64,000 bases of DNA, from assembly GCA_052426225.1 (NCBI GenBank), contig JBNJNM010000015.1, forward strand, positions 930,001 to 994,000, in the 5' to 3' direction. Below, piece after piece: positions 1 to 12,825 of this stretch (its first letter is position 1; each line of letters opens with the position of its first letter). This DNA is from Zancudomyces culisetae HAW-14-8 (Eukaryota > Fungi > Kickxellomycota). The position numbers were made by a program, and so were the translations under genes. The notes beneath the pieces are model-generated. The model was not told the origin of the DNA. It saw nothing but the letters and a program-made list of their open reading frames with translations, and searched no databases.

Positions 1-49
1 AACAAGATAATAAATAAATAACAATAAAACTAAAGTAGTCCGAAAGCCT

Positions 50-75
50 CACACACACACACACATACACACACA
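50..75. repeat. (CA)n microsatellite
   Basis: cacacacacacacacatacacacaca, read directly upstream of the first ORF. Confidence 0.85.
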
Positions 76-193
76 TAAACTTCAAAAAAAAGAAAGAAAA
101 AAAGAAGAAAAAAAGGGAAAACCTGTTGAAATTGCCACATTTGTAATATATAAACACAACACCTTCAAGTATATTTAAAGTCAGTTTTGAAAA

Positions 194-2143
194 ATGTACA
201 AGGAGCAAGGGGAATTGTGTCGCGAATTGATCCGCCAGCAATACGGACCATTGGTTAGCCAAGTAGCAGGGGTACTGTTAGTACGTGGACGGTCGACGCT
301 TGGGATGCTGTACCAAGCATTAGCGCCCAAGGTCGGGGCATCGTCGGGGGTACAGTCGACACCTACAAAACGACAAATCAAGCAGGCGCTAGCGATTCTG
401 ATCCAGCACCTGTTGGTTACACATTATGGTGGGGGAGCGGTACAGGAGAGGGGCGCGGGCGCGGGGGCACGGCGGGACGTGTACTATTCGATCGAGCGAC
501 AGCGGGTTTTGCGGCAGTGTGGGGCAGGACTTGGGGCGTACCTGTATGTGGTGGAGGAGCGATACGGCAGATTAGGGATGCAGATTGTGCGGTATGTGAT
601 GGTGCAGGGGATGGCGCCACTTGAAACGTTGCGGCATGCGATGGCGGAGGCGGAGGCGGAGGTAGAGGGTGATGGAGCTGGAGCTGGAGCTGCAGGTGGG
701 CGTGGGCGTGAGCGTGGGCGTGGGCGTGGAATCGATTTGCTGATTGAACGGTTGATACGGGACGATATTCTACGAGCAGTTGGTAGTGGGGGAGCAGATT
801 TGGTGCATACTAGACAAGATGTGTATTTGGACAAAGTGGCGAAACACAGTGCGTTGTATCAGGCAGGAGGAGGGTTAGCGGTGATTGGTAATAAAGAAAA
901 GACGCTGATTGTACAACAAGCACAACACGAGTTGGAGGAACAAGAGGGAAATATGGATAAACAGCGACAAGAGCTACTAAGTCAATATGCTAGTATTGTG
1001 GCGAACGATTATATGAATGTTGGGGGTAAACGCAAAGCGGAAGAGGGGGGAAATGGAGTGAATGGGGAAGGGGGAGGGGGGAATAAGAAGGCGAAAATGG
1101 AGGGGGAAAGGCAGATGGTGACGGTAAATTATGAAAAGCTGGAGGTGATTCGACAGAACCAGCAGGTAGTACAGTATGTAGCGGAGACGATTAATGAGGC
1201 AGCAGGGTATGGAGTGATGGGGGCGATTATGCAGATAGTTGAGCCGAGTATCAACAACAGCCAATTTGTAGGGAAAACATTTTCGATCAGTGTTGACCAG
1301 ATTCTGGAACGGCTCAAGAGCAACAACAATGGTAGTGGAGGTAGTATGGTAGAGTTGGTTGAGCGACAGGTAGTTTTGGATGATATAGGCATGGGAGGTA
1401 GTAATGGGAATAGAGCGATTGGGTATGGAACAAGTATGAATGGGGGAGGTAGGATACGAAATAAAGTAAATGTGTTGGTGGATACGATTATTGAGCGAAC
1501 GGGTAAGTTGATTGAACGAAAATCGGGAGGAGGAGGAGAGATGAATAGAGGAGGTGGCGGTGGTGGTGGTGGGTCAGAATATGTGAGTGTAGATTTTCAA
1601 GAGGCAAAAAAAGCAGTGTACAGACATATGGTGAAAGGGTACTTGGCACAAGTAGGGGACAAGAGATTGGTACGGATTAGTAATATAGTAGAGAAACATG
1701 GATACATTAACGAAAAGAATTTAACCAAATTGAGTATGTTACCAAGTACACAAGTAAGAGAATTGACAATGCAGTTGGTGCAGTTGGGAATAGTGGAGAT
1801 CAAGCAGATGGCAATGGGAGGAGGGGATAGCAACAAGGCAGAGTATTTGTACCATATGGGTAGCAGTAGAGGACAGATGCAAGGAGTGATATATAAGTTG
1901 TGTAATAATGTGATGTGGCGGATGCGATATGAACAAGCAATCAACCAGGTATTATTGATGAAAGCACAAGGAGGAGGAAGAAGAAAAGCAGGAGGAGGAG
2001 GAGAAGAGGGAGAAGGTGAAGGTGAAGTAGAAGGTGAAATGTTATTGAATAAACAAGAACAAAACAAATATAAAGCTATAAAAGAAAGAATTGAAAGACT
2101 AGGTATTGGAGCAGGTAGAATGATGGGATACCTGCTAATATGA
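194..2143 (+). CDS. RPC82: RNA polymerase III subunit C82/RPC62 (POLR3C-like), with Gly-rich low-complexity insertions
   Basis: N-terminal HTH 'ELIRQQYGPLVSQVAGVLLVRGR...IKQALAILIQHLLV' and C-terminal winged helix 'RISNIVEKHGYINEKNLTKLSMLPSTQVRELTMQL' match the RPC62/Rpc82 family; intronless 649 aa. Confidence 0.85.
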   Translation: MYKEQGELCRELIRQQYGPLVSQVAGVLLVRGRSTLGMLYQALAPKVGASSGVQSTPTKRQIKQALAILIQHLLVTHYGGGAVQERGAGAGARRDVYYSIERQRVLRQCGAGLGAYLYVVEERYGRLGMQIVRYVMVQGMAPLETLRHAMAEAEAEVEGDGAGAGAAGGRGRERGRGRGIDLLIERLIRDDILRAVGSGGADLVHTRQDVYLDKVAKHSALYQAGGGLAVIGNKEKTLIVQQAQHELEEQEGNMDKQRQELLSQYASIVANDYMNVGGKRKAEEGGNGVNGEGGGGNKKAKMEGERQMVTVNYEKLEVIRQNQQVVQYVAETINEAAGYGVMGAIMQIVEPSINNSQFVGKTFSISVDQILERLKSNNNGSGGSMVELVERQVVLDDIGMGGSNGNRAIGYGTSMNGGGRIRNKVNVLVDTIIERTGKLIERKSGGGGEMNRGGGGGGGGSEYVSVDFQEAKKAVYRHMVKGYLAQVGDKRLVRISNIVEKHGYINEKNLTKLSMLPSTQVRELTMQLVQLGIVEIKQMAMGGGDSNKAEYLYHMGSSRGQMQGVIYKLCNNVMWRMRYEQAINQVLLMKAQGGGRRKAGGGGEEGEGEGEVEGEMLLNKQEQNKYKAIKERIERLGIGAGRMMGYLLI

Positions 2144-2188
2144 TAGGATAAGATGATTAAATTAAAGTAAAGTAAAATGGTTTTAGAT

Positions 2189-4789
2189 TTAATCATGAAC
2201 TTTCCAAGATGGTAGCCATTGGCGGGTCCACAATTCAGAGGCATCACGGTTAAAACCAAAGGTGAGAGGAGAGAAGAAGAGGAAGACAGCAGTAGAGATG
2301 ACACAGAGAATTACCCACCAGTTTGATTTGATGAAGATAGAGATTTTGGTAGCAGTTATAGTTGCAGTAGATTTAGATTTGGATATAGATTTGGAATTGG
2401 AATTGAATTTAAGTTTGGATTTGCAGATAGATTCAAGTTTGGAGTAATAAAGATTGAAAAAGTGGGATAGTTGGAGAGCCATAAATAGGTTTTGGAAGTA
2501 TAGCGATGGGAAGTAATGGTGCAAGTAAGTAACACGACCCATAATAAAGAAGGGCAAGTAATGCAACAGCCAGCCACCCCACAGAATCGAAGCAGGTACA
2601 ATGTACCCAGCCGAACGAGCAAGTGGACCCAGATTGCCAGTGCGCTTGTACGACAGCAGCAGGTACAAAATGTACAGCGGGAAAGTCACAAGAACAGCAA
2701 AAGTCGAGCCCCACCAAGTCACGGGATTTCCCAACATCAAATACTTGAAGCGGTCGGCGTCCCACCCACACATACGCAGTCCAAAGATAAGGAACGGCCA
2801 AGAGATTGGAGGCGAGGTTAGGTGGTCGATCTTGTCGTTGTCTGGCAACAGAGCGTTGTTTGTACGATACATAGCCTTGTTGAGATGTACGAAATCATCC
2901 ACAAACCTGGTCTTGAGTGAAGCTGGGTCTGCATTTGGCAGTCTGGAATTGACTTGGAACTCAACATTCCATATAGTATTGCCAAACAACGCACTGTTGG
3001 GCTTGATACATCCTACCTCGCTTTGTGAATATCCCCAGTCTGGCAATGGCTTGCCACTCAGTCCCAGATAACAGTTGGCATCTACGTTCTTCAATCGGAA
3101 TTCTGTAGACAGCGTTGTCACCACGCGATCATCCATACCATTTCCACTCCTTTTGCTCATCTTTCCCAACGTCTTGACTATCTCGACTTGCCACTGATCA
3201 CTGGGTCTGTTTATAACATTGACATCTCCGCTACCATTAACCTCAAACATCTGCGATGTCAACGGTGCCTTGTGCTGCTTACTTACCTGCAATGTCGTGT
3301 TGGTATTCTTGTGCATCAACCGTACAACCATGCCTTCTTTTACATACTTTATATCATCATATGCGCCCATGTTGTCGTTGTTGTCTACATACACTATCAT
3401 AAACTCGTTGTTGTTGTCCTTATGTCCGTAACATGTAATTTGTTGTCCTCCACTACCTGTTGGGTATTTGTGTGCGTGCGAGTGTAGCAACCCTCCGCCT
3501 TCCAGTCTCGATTTTAGCGTCACTACTGACCCGTATGCCACCTCAAATGGCTGTTTCATAAGCGATGATCCCTCCAGTCTTGCCTGGAACAGTGATGGCA
3601 TTGTTGCATCATCTGGGCCTGTCTTGTACAACAGGTTGAAGTGTATTCTGAACATTGCCATGTAAATTGCTATAGGAATCCCAATCAATCCAATTATCCG
3701 TACTCCCCAGTGCTTGGCATATCGCACTAGACTCTTTTCTGTTCCCAGCAATTCGTACAACTCGTCAATTGTGTATATCCCTACCAATGCCACTGCAAAC
3801 AATCCTACCCATTTGGCACTCGAGACCAGTCCCAGACTTACTCCCGTCATCGCCACCATAATCTCCCATCGTCTGCGTTTGAAAAGCCCCACTGCTTTCT
3901 CTCCCTTCTTCTTATAATCGGCAAATGCTTCCTTGCGGAACCGGTACATCCCTGCCAAAAAGCATAGCGCCATTGCTGTGAAACACAATAACATTCCATC
4001 AAGCAAAATAAACCGACTGATTACACACAACGCATTCTCTGTCAGTATCAACACTCCTCCTGTAAAACTCGCCTTCTTGTCTCTTCCCAACAACCGCATC
4101 GTAATGTACGCCAGTGGTACCAGTGCCATTCCAAAACTTGCATTAAATACCCGCATAAACCAAAAATTCGTGCTGTGTGGATACTCCTTTCCTGAATCAA
4201 ACATAAACGCCCCGTCAAACCCTGTCAGGTATTCTGACAATCCTACCAACATCTTGGCCAGTGGTGGATGCACATCGTGATAAAACTGCCCCTTGACATA
4301 GTATCCTCCAAACTTCCCAAAATGCGCCTCATCCCATACCACAAACTTTGCATCTCCAATTCGATAAAACCGCGTAAACATTGACAATAGTGTTAACATT
4401 ACCACATTGATAATGTCTAGTGTTGTCATCCCACTGTTAATCCCCTCCTCTACTTGTCCCTCTACTTGTCCCTCTTCTTCTCCCTCTTCTTCCGCTGCTA
4501 CTTTTTCTTTTTCGCTCTCTTTTTCTTGCTTCAAGATCTCTTCAACACAAAGCTTACCAAGTTCCTTGAACCCCTTTCCTTTTGCCCTTTCTCCCTGTAT
4601 CCATCTGATTCCCTGAACCAAACACAATCGCTCAAATTGTTTGTCATCAACCACCTCTACCCCAAACAATCGCTCGTTTTGCTCATCATTCCCACTCTGT
4701 TGATTCTGGTCATCCGAATCATTTGAAAAGTTTGTTGGCTGGAAATACGGATCCTTTGTTATCCCGTTATATCTACTATATAAACTCAT
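2189..4789 (-). CDS. PMT2: Dolichyl-phosphate-mannose:protein O-mannosyltransferase, PMT2 subfamily
   Basis: 'VVWDEAHFGKFG...FYHDVHPPLAKML' PMT2-type loop-1 motif, MIR domains (LLHSHAHKYP..QQITCYGHKDNNN), C-terminal 'GRVTYLHHYFP'. Confidence 0.93.
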   Translation of the reverse strand: MSLYSRYNGITKDPYFQPTNFSNDSDDQNQQSGNDEQNERLFGVEVVDDKQFERLCLVQGIRWIQGERAKGKGFKELGKLCVEEILKQEKESEKEKVAAEEEGEEEGQVEGQVEEGINSGMTTLDIINVVMLTLLSMFTRFYRIGDAKFVVWDEAHFGKFGGYYVKGQFYHDVHPPLAKMLVGLSEYLTGFDGAFMFDSGKEYPHSTNFWFMRVFNASFGMALVPLAYITMRLLGRDKKASFTGGVLILTENALCVISRFILLDGMLLCFTAMALCFLAGMYRFRKEAFADYKKKGEKAVGLFKRRRWEIMVAMTGVSLGLVSSAKWVGLFAVALVGIYTIDELYELLGTEKSLVRYAKHWGVRIIGLIGIPIAIYMAMFRIHFNLLYKTGPDDATMPSLFQARLEGSSLMKQPFEVAYGSVVTLKSRLEGGGLLHSHAHKYPTGSGGQQITCYGHKDNNNEFMIVYVDNNDNMGAYDDIKYVKEGMVVRLMHKNTNTTLQVSKQHKAPLTSQMFEVNGSGDVNVINRPSDQWQVEIVKTLGKMSKRSGNGMDDRVVTTLSTEFRLKNVDANCYLGLSGKPLPDWGYSQSEVGCIKPNSALFGNTIWNVEFQVNSRLPNADPASLKTRFVDDFVHLNKAMYRTNNALLPDNDKIDHLTSPPISWPFLIFGLRMCGWDADRFKYLMLGNPVTWWGSTFAVLVTFPLYILYLLLSYKRTGNLGPLARSAGYIVPASILWGGWLLHYLPFFIMGRVTYLHHYFPSLYFQNLFMALQLSHFFNLYYSKLESICKSKLKFNSNSKSISKSKSTATITATKISIFIKSNWWVILCVISTAVFLFFSPLTFGFNRDASELWTRQWLPSWKVHD

Positions 4790-7700
4790 TTTTCTTTTTT
4801 AAACTCCCCCCTTTTTGATTATTTACTATCGAGTTTTTAATCTTGCAAGTGGCTCATAATTTTGTTTATATATTATTTTTTTTAAAAAAAAAAAAATAAT
4901 AATAATAATATGCTGAATTTTTTATTTTTTGTTTTACTTGCAGACTTTTGATTTGATTTCAAATTATTTATTTCCTTATTTTTGTTTTTTTTTCTTTCTT
5001 TCTTTATACCTTTAATTCCAATGTTTATATAATCTTGTATTTTTTTTTCTTTTTTTCCTTTTTTCTTTTTTCCAACTATTCAATTCGTTCAAATAAATAA
5101 ACTGGATTTATTAATTGGTAATATTTAACGACTGGGATTTAATTACAATCTCGACATTATTTTCAAAAATAAATAAAATTATTTAAAATAAATCTAATAA
5201 TTTGAACATGTTTTGTACACAGAATTAATCTTTATGGATTTTTTTATTTTACCATTCCATTTTACTGTTTTTTTTATTTTACTCTTTTAATTTTTTTCTT
5301 TTGTTTTTATTTTTGAAAAATGTAAACAACATTCACGATTATTTACTTGCTTTGTATATTAAATTATTGAACCATCTTTGGCTCTTGAAAAAAAATGAGT
5401 CTGTGAAAAATAAATTAATATATGGCTCGTTTTTAGTATCCAACTGTCCTCAAATTAAATGTGGTTCATTTTTATAGGACCTTTTCTTTCCTTAATGTTT
5501 CCCTTTTCCTTTTTCCCTTTCTCTTTTTCCCTTTCTCTCTTTGCTATTACTTTTTCTCTTACCTAGACTCAAAAATGTCTTTTTTTTTTAATACTAGCCT
5601 CCTCTTTATTTCCCGTTCAACTGAGAAACACTATTGGGAATAATATATAATGATAACTATTCATTCATCACCTCGTATCATGTCTCACCAACTTCCCCCA
5701 TCTTTATCCTCGCCCTTTTTTTTTTATTTTTTATTTTTTATTTTTTATTTTTCTTGTTTACGCATTATTTATTTTTACTTAAATCCATAGTACACCACCT
5801 CCTTGTACTATTCCCTTCTTGCTCTTGTATCGTTTATGTGGCTATCATTGTATATAATACCCGTTTCTTTTTTCGTTCTTGTACTCCTCTTTCTTTTTTA
5901 AAAAGAAAGTAATAAAAAATTATCATCTATTTCTTCATCAATATACACATTACTGAGACTATCATTCAAGTATGCACCATAACTTGGGCAAATATTATAC
6001 ATGTCCCTTGCATTTAATAAAAAAAGGAGGAGGAGGAGTAAAAGACAAAATAAATTACAACCCCACTCTTAATGTCGAGAGTCCCCTTCCCCACCCTCTC
6101 GCCCTCTCGCCACACTAATTTTCCAGAACTCTTATTCACTATCATTCTAGTGTGGTTCACTATTTGCTACCTTGCATTTCTTTTTATATTTTCTTTATAC
6201 TTTGTCATTATTTAAGAATACTTAACCTCTCACACCTTTTCAACTCATTCTTCTCTCGTATTTTTATATTATTTTATATTATTTTATTTTTTATCAACAG
6301 GATTATACTTTTCTAATCCATCAACAATTCTTGATGTAATTTACACTATTACAACTGTGTAAAGTAGACAAGAAAATTCACATCTTGGTACACATACCAT
6401 TTCTTTTATTTTACTTTTATTTTTTTAGTACTTTTTAATTTCGACCATGAAATATCTGGAAAACCGTATGATACATAAAGTAAACTAAAAATAATAGTAA
6501 TAATTATAATTATAAAAGGAAATCTTTACAAAAATGCCTTTACTTTTACTTTTTTTATATTTTATATTTTATATTTTATATTTTATAATTGATAATACTA
6601 AGCCTTATACATCATTACTTGATCTTATTCTCGATTATGGGCAATCTTGACTTTCAAAAAAACTCCCTTACCTCCCTGCCAAATTGTTTATAATATGTTT
6701 TCCCTCTCCCCACTAATAAAGTGGGTAATGAATTAAATCAATATCTGATTATGGCGATTCATTATTCACAACCTTATACTTGTCACTTGTCACTAGTCAC
6801 TTTTGTTCTCTTGGATTGTATCCATCCATTACAGCTATGTTCAGATCAAAACATTGCACTATTAATCACAAGAAACCTCCCATATTTTAGTCACTTTTTT
6901 CTGCTCATCTTTGAAACACGTTGAAAAGTTAACAAAAAAGGTAAAAAAAAATTTACCCTATTAAAAAATAAAAAAAGCACACATAAATATGATTTCCCTA
7001 ATCCACGCACATCAGTACATGACTGTGCTATATTTTACCCCTTTTAGTATATTAAATTGGTGTCAAGCTCAACAACACACCACACAATTCTATAACCTTA
7101 GAAAAACAATAAAATACACAATTAGCTAGCTAATCACCATCAAGCCGATTATTTAATACGCTAACTGTACACCTAAATCTTATGGATCTCGAATTCTATA
7201 TGAGATTTTGTAGACCGAAAATTCGATAAAATTTTAAAAGACCAAGTTGCTGACGGTGTGTTTTACTAGATCACATTTTCACTTTTTGGGTATCTAAAAA
7301 AATTTTTTTTTCACATTAGAGAAGTTAATTGTAGAGTTTTATACTTGGTGGTATTTCAACGACAAATAATAAGAATGTATTTCTCAATTACGTAATAAGA
7401 ATAAAAGCAATAATAATAACAAGACAAAAAAAAACATCACACACATTTGATTTGCAGTGATGCTTTTTACATCAAAAACTAACCTGCGCAGTACTTTTAC
7501 CAGGTAACATGTGTTAGTGCATTGGTAAACAATACTTTTTTTTCGGAGAGGAGAGAAGAGGAGACAAAGTACTCTATTCTATTTTCTATTTTCTATTCTC
7601 TACTTGCTTTGTGCATATCCTGAAAGTAACATTACATTATCTAGCTATCACAAGCTATGATAGTAAGTTAACTTCCTTTCTGTTATCTTTGCCTCCCCAT

Positions 7701-9524
7701 ACACATATGGCTTGTATCACACTCTTTTGGTATATATGCTATAGTTTATGATCAATGATAAATGATCAAGAATCAATGACGGATGGTGAATATGAATCAT
7801 CATTATTCGCGCATAAAATCCACTCAAGTTTATGAGCTGTTTCTCCATTGATGTTACAAATATATCCTATCTATCTTTTTCTTGTTCACCACCAGTTCTC
7901 TTTTGTAAGTTCTATCCAGGAACCACAAATGGCTGTGCTTATGTACGTTGTACTAAATGTGTAGAATTTTTCAACTGAGTTTACATTCATTACCTCATCA
8001 CTGACTGCTAATATTATATTATATTATATAATCGATGTACAAAAAATAGAAGCTAAATTCCCGAAACAAGACAGATTGCCTTGATTTTCACTTACTACCT
8101 CTCTCTCCTTCATATTAATGTCCAGCTCATCATCATTATATTTAAAATAAAAGCACTTCATTCAAATCTAGCCTCTTGGTCTATTTTTTATATAATTTAA
8201 TTTCCTACAAGATTATGCTTAAAAATGATACAAGATATGTTCTAAAGGAGTCCTAGAAATCAAGAAACAAGCACACAGATACTTATTTAGAAGTATACGT
8301 AAAGATGGGTAATAAGAATCATTCCACAACAAATAATGTGTATTATTTTAAAATTAATAGCCAGAACCGGTTACTTTCACTTTAATATCAATTCCATTCT
8401 CCTCCTTCATTCCTATACACTTCCCCCTCCTATCAGACGTTACACATCCTATCGAACAATATAGTTATTCACACATAATATATTGATCCAACTCATTTCC
8501 AACAGAATTTTCGAATTCTCGCAATGTTTGATCCCGGGTATATCTTTTTAACCACACAATGCCATCAAGCATTCAATATAAACCAGAAAAAAGCATTCAA
8601 AATTCATGTTCGTACTATATACTACACTTGGAGATAAATACGCATAAAACCAATAAGTGAACAGTAAGTAATGTTCATTTTGGATTTAATATAAAAAAAA
8701 TCACCCTTCCACCACAAATAGATAAATAAATAAAAAATCCAAAAGTATCTCGAATTACCCAGCACATTCCAAGTTGTTTCCAGTTTGGCTCTCAAAGTTT
8801 AATTTGGACTTGGGTTTTAAATTTAATCTTCGAAAATTAAGGTCTTATTAACAAAATAGACATGCTTTTCCACAAGCAATTCGAAAAAAATATATACCCT
8901 ATTAGCGATTTACATTAGTTTAAAATGGCCATGTTTCTTGATCCATTATCGGGTAGGTAAAAAACCCCCTAAGAATCATCACCAAGGATTGGTCATACAA
9001 TATTATATGCGATTTTTTTTTCACTATTTTGTGTTACATGTTCAATATATCCATTATGAAAAAAATTAAAGAGTTTTTCTAGGATCTCCAATGCTTATTG
9101 GATACTCTAATTTTACCACATTTGATCATGATGGGTTTTGCAAAATGGCATTGTTCTAAATGGACAATAAAAATACAGAAAAAACCAGAGCAAAATTGCT
9201 ACAAAATAAGCTAAAGTCCAACACAATCTTGGTTTCCTTTATTTGCTTCCATAACTGCTATTTTCTTGGTTTTTTTTAATACTTTTATTTAAGCCATCTA
9301 AAGGAGAATGTGGTGGTTATAATTCCCTCAACCACGGAAATATTTGTCTTGAAGTACTTGCAATCAAATATTAATATATGTTGGCGTTGAAGGTACATGA
9401 TAAAAAGTATATAAAACGTCCAAAGGATAACAGAACTAGAAAATAGCAGTAGTTTTGAATCAACGAGAGAATACAAATATACAAATATACAAATATAAGA
9501 ATATACCAGAAATTGGTTTAAAGT

Positions 9525-10943
9525 ATGGAAAAGCAGAATCTTGTAGACATGCATTATGCTCAACCAAGTGACTCCAACCAGTCAGTCGAAGATAGCAATA
9601 AAAGCTGTATTTTACTGGACGATGATAGCAATTCCATGGAAAGGCAGCACGAGTCGTCGGAAAACGTCGGTATATCCAAAGATACGGAACTAGTGACTAC
9701 CTATGATACTAAATACTCATGGATAGTGTTGGCCGGTGCGGTCATGTCTTACTTTTTTATATTTGGGTGTTCCGTGGGATTTACCCTGTACCAAAACTAC
9801 AACCTGTTAACCAAGTTTCCTACAGAAAAGAAAAGTCTCGTACTATGGATAAACAGTCTAGCAAGTGCAGTTACGATGTGTTTTGGAATCGTGGCTAGTC
9901 CGCTAGTCTTGTCATATATAAGCATTAGAAAAACGATTATTCTTGGCGGAATCGTCAGTTCTTTGGGTTTGTTTTTAGCCAGCATGATAAACTCAAAAGT
10001 ATGGCATTTACTACTTTTTCAAAGTGTTTTATATGGAATGGGTTCGTCACTAGTAGTAAACACATCGCTCTTGGGTATCAATTTATGGTTCTACAAGTAT
10101 AGAAGTATGGCAATACACCTCGTATCTTCGGCAAGCAGCTTGGGTGGAATAGCTCTTACGCCAATCGTTCAAGTCACATTGGATAAACTTGGGTATAACT
10201 GGTCGTTGCGCGTTATAGCCATCCTTAATCTACTTGTGGTGAGTATCTGTGGGTTCGTCATCAAATCACAAACCGAGTATAGGCCCAAAAGCCTTAATCT
10301 GAAGTTAACCTTTACATACCTGAAAGACCCTCGGCTAATTTTAGTTTTGCTATACGAGTTTGTGTACGAATTAGGGTTTGCTGTTCCTGCTGTGCAATTT
10401 GGGCTTTATTTAATTGTTGATCTGGCCGACCATGCTAACGGTACAGCCTCCAACTTTGCCTCATACATTTTAATGATCCTGAGTCTGACAAATTTTGCGG
10501 GCCGTGCTGTCACTGGCGTGCTCTGCCACAGACTCGGGCCCCAAAACATAATGATATTCACCACTTTAATCGCTGCAATTTTGATTTTTACACTGTGGTA
10601 CCCTGTCAGGAATCTTGCTGTAAATATTGTATTTTTTATCTTGTTTGGGCTATGTGGATCTACTGGGTTTTCCACAAACTTGGTCCTTCTAAACAACATT
10701 CTTGACTCTAGCGTACTCCCCCATGGAATTGGTTTGCTTTATCTATCTCTGGGTGTATCTACACTTTGTTCCGGACCGATCATGGGATCAATTCTTGACT
10801 ATGCTGATGGAACCGATAATACACCCACAACTGTGAAGCCACTCATTATTTTTAGTGGTGTTATCTATCTTATTGCCTGTATGATCAGTATTTGCATCAA
10901 ATTCTATCTAAAACCTCAAAAAGGAAATCCCCTCCCTAAATAA
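9525..10943 (+). CDS. MFS transporter, monocarboxylate transporter (MCT/Mch)-like
   Basis: About 12 hydrophobic segments; 'DTKYSWIVL' (MCT 'DGGWGW' position), 'WFYKYRSMA', 'GRAVTGVLCHRLG'. Confidence 0.85.
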   Translation: MEKQNLVDMHYAQPSDSNQSVEDSNKSCILLDDDSNSMERQHESSENVGISKDTELVTTYDTKYSWIVLAGAVMSYFFIFGCSVGFTLYQNYNLLTKFPTEKKSLVLWINSLASAVTMCFGIVASPLVLSYISIRKTIILGGIVSSLGLFLASMINSKVWHLLLFQSVLYGMGSSLVVNTSLLGINLWFYKYRSMAIHLVSSASSLGGIALTPIVQVTLDKLGYNWSLRVIAILNLLVVSICGFVIKSQTEYRPKSLNLKLTFTYLKDPRLILVLLYEFVYELGFAVPAVQFGLYLIVDLADHANGTASNFASYILMILSLTNFAGRAVTGVLCHRLGPQNIMIFTTLIAAILIFTLWYPVRNLAVNIVFFILFGLCGSTGFSTNLVLLNNILDSSVLPHGIGLLYLSLGVSTLCSGPIMGSILDYADGTDNTPTTVKPLIIFSGVIYLIACMISICIKFYLKPQKGNPLPK

Positions 10944-11424
10944 GCCTAAACACAAAAACCATGCGATAAAATAATGCGACAGAGGAAATGTGCGACTTTT
11001 TTCGTTTTTTCTTCCCCAGTCTTGTTGTAAGAAAAAAGTGCAAAGAAACTAGAAACACTTTTTATACAACGCAAACTAAGCATTAGTTTCATCTCTTAAA
11101 CCCGGACAATTAGAACAACACGTTACTTTAAATCCAATCAAAACAGTATGCTCCTGATAACTTGGATGATCGACATTTATCTGGTACCGCTACTATATCT
11201 GGCTACCGATTTTCTGTGCACTCGATGGTATAGAGGAGTGTGTTGGTGCTCAGACTGTTTATTTTGAACTTTCCAGTTCATCTCATGCGTATAAAATAAC
11301 AAAAACAAAGTTATAGAATGAAAATAGAAAGAACAATGGATAGTAAAAGACTGCTAATCAACAAACTAGCGAGCCATCCACAAATATTTGAATAGACAAC
11401 CTGAACTCCTGTTTAAGTTTTATC

Positions 11425-12364
11425 TTAATGACCCAAAAATGCCAGAAAACCTTTTGCACATCGTTGACATTGCTTAAAATTATACTCAAACCCGTCTATT
11501 CCTCCATAATACGGATCCTCAATTATTTTCTCGCCCTTTGCGTCAAATTCTCCAAATAAGAATACTATTTGTTATTAGAATATATGCAAAATCATTATTT
11601 ATTATATGTACTCATATTTTCATCGCTTTCCTTACATTTGGCCTTGGAATTCTTTGGCTGTAGACTCTTCAAATCATACATGTTTTCTTGATCCATGCAT
11701 AATATGTAATCAAAATCATCAAAATCCTTTTTTGTGACCTATAGATGGTTTTATATGCAAAATTTTCGTTTTTTTACATTCTATTAGAAGAATTTGTTTT
11801 ATAAAATGCATTTTTTTCATCTCGTGTCCATTTTCAGGCTTAGTCCAAGATCACTCGATAGAATAAATAATGTTTGTAACTGTTAAATACTATTTTATTA
11901 CCTTTCTAGCCCTATGATTCACTGGTACCCCATGGTTATTACATGTTGCAGCCGATCGTTTGTCAGGCGTGCTCCCAATCTTTAAGTACATATTGGTATC
12001 ATAATTCTGTATATGTCGAACAAAAGTTCTAAAAATGTGTCACAGTACCTGTGACGTATACAAATAAGAAATATACAATAGCTTTTAGATATACTTACGT
12101 GGTATCCAGCGGTTCCTGCACTATCGATATGGAATGATTCGCTCAAGCCTTTTTCATTAACCTGATGGCTAAAAACCGCTTCAGCCATTGGAGACCGGCA
12201 TATATTACCTACATATCGAAACGATATGATTGATGTTACAATGTGCTGAATTTGAACAAATCACAATTGACATTTTTAAAGATATACATTATTGTATTGT
12301 GTAAAAATAGTATTCTGCTATACTTACCTAGACAAACGAATAGTACATTGATTTTTATTGTCAT
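11425..12364 (-). CDS. LTP1: Low-molecular-weight protein tyrosine phosphatase; 5 exons (12364-12328, 12208-12099, 11979-11902, 11738-11636, 11564-11425)
   Basis: Manual splicing at GT-AG introns gives VLFVCLGNICRSPMAE, DSAGTAGYH, FDYILCMD and IEDPYYG. Confidence 0.92.
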
Positions 12365-12825
12365 TTTGTTATGTATATGCTTCACGCTGTTTTTACCTGG
12401 TTTATTCCTTCTCGTTTTCCCTTTTGTATCTTTATATTAATTTATTTATTTATAAAACAAAAGAATCAATGTTTTCTGTTTTAGAAAGTATTAACTGTAT
12501 TTTTTAAACTAATAAAAATGATACGCTGCAATTGCGAGACATATTAGGTAAGTGAGAACCCTTAATACCAGCTTACTAAATTTTCGTCTATTTTATTTGC
12601 TTTCTAACCAAAAATATTTATTTGAGTGAGGTTCAAACACTGAACAATCTATAGCGAAAAAATAAGTGAAGAGTAAAAACAGGCAGTAGGTGTTTAATGC
12701 TAGTTATTTAATGCAGCCCGGTGTCGCAATCATGAACTCTATATGCTATTTCCCTGTACCTTCTTTTATTGGCAAAGAAAACTGAATACTGAAAACTTAA
12801 AATTAAAGATAAACGTAAAGGTAAA

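Noticed and set aside
7428-7534. Hairpin, ACATCA, hairpin, ACA arrangement resembling an H/ACA snoRNA
   Set aside because: The hairpins are only about 35-40 nt with no convincing pseudouridylation pockets, which is likely chance in AT-rich DNA.
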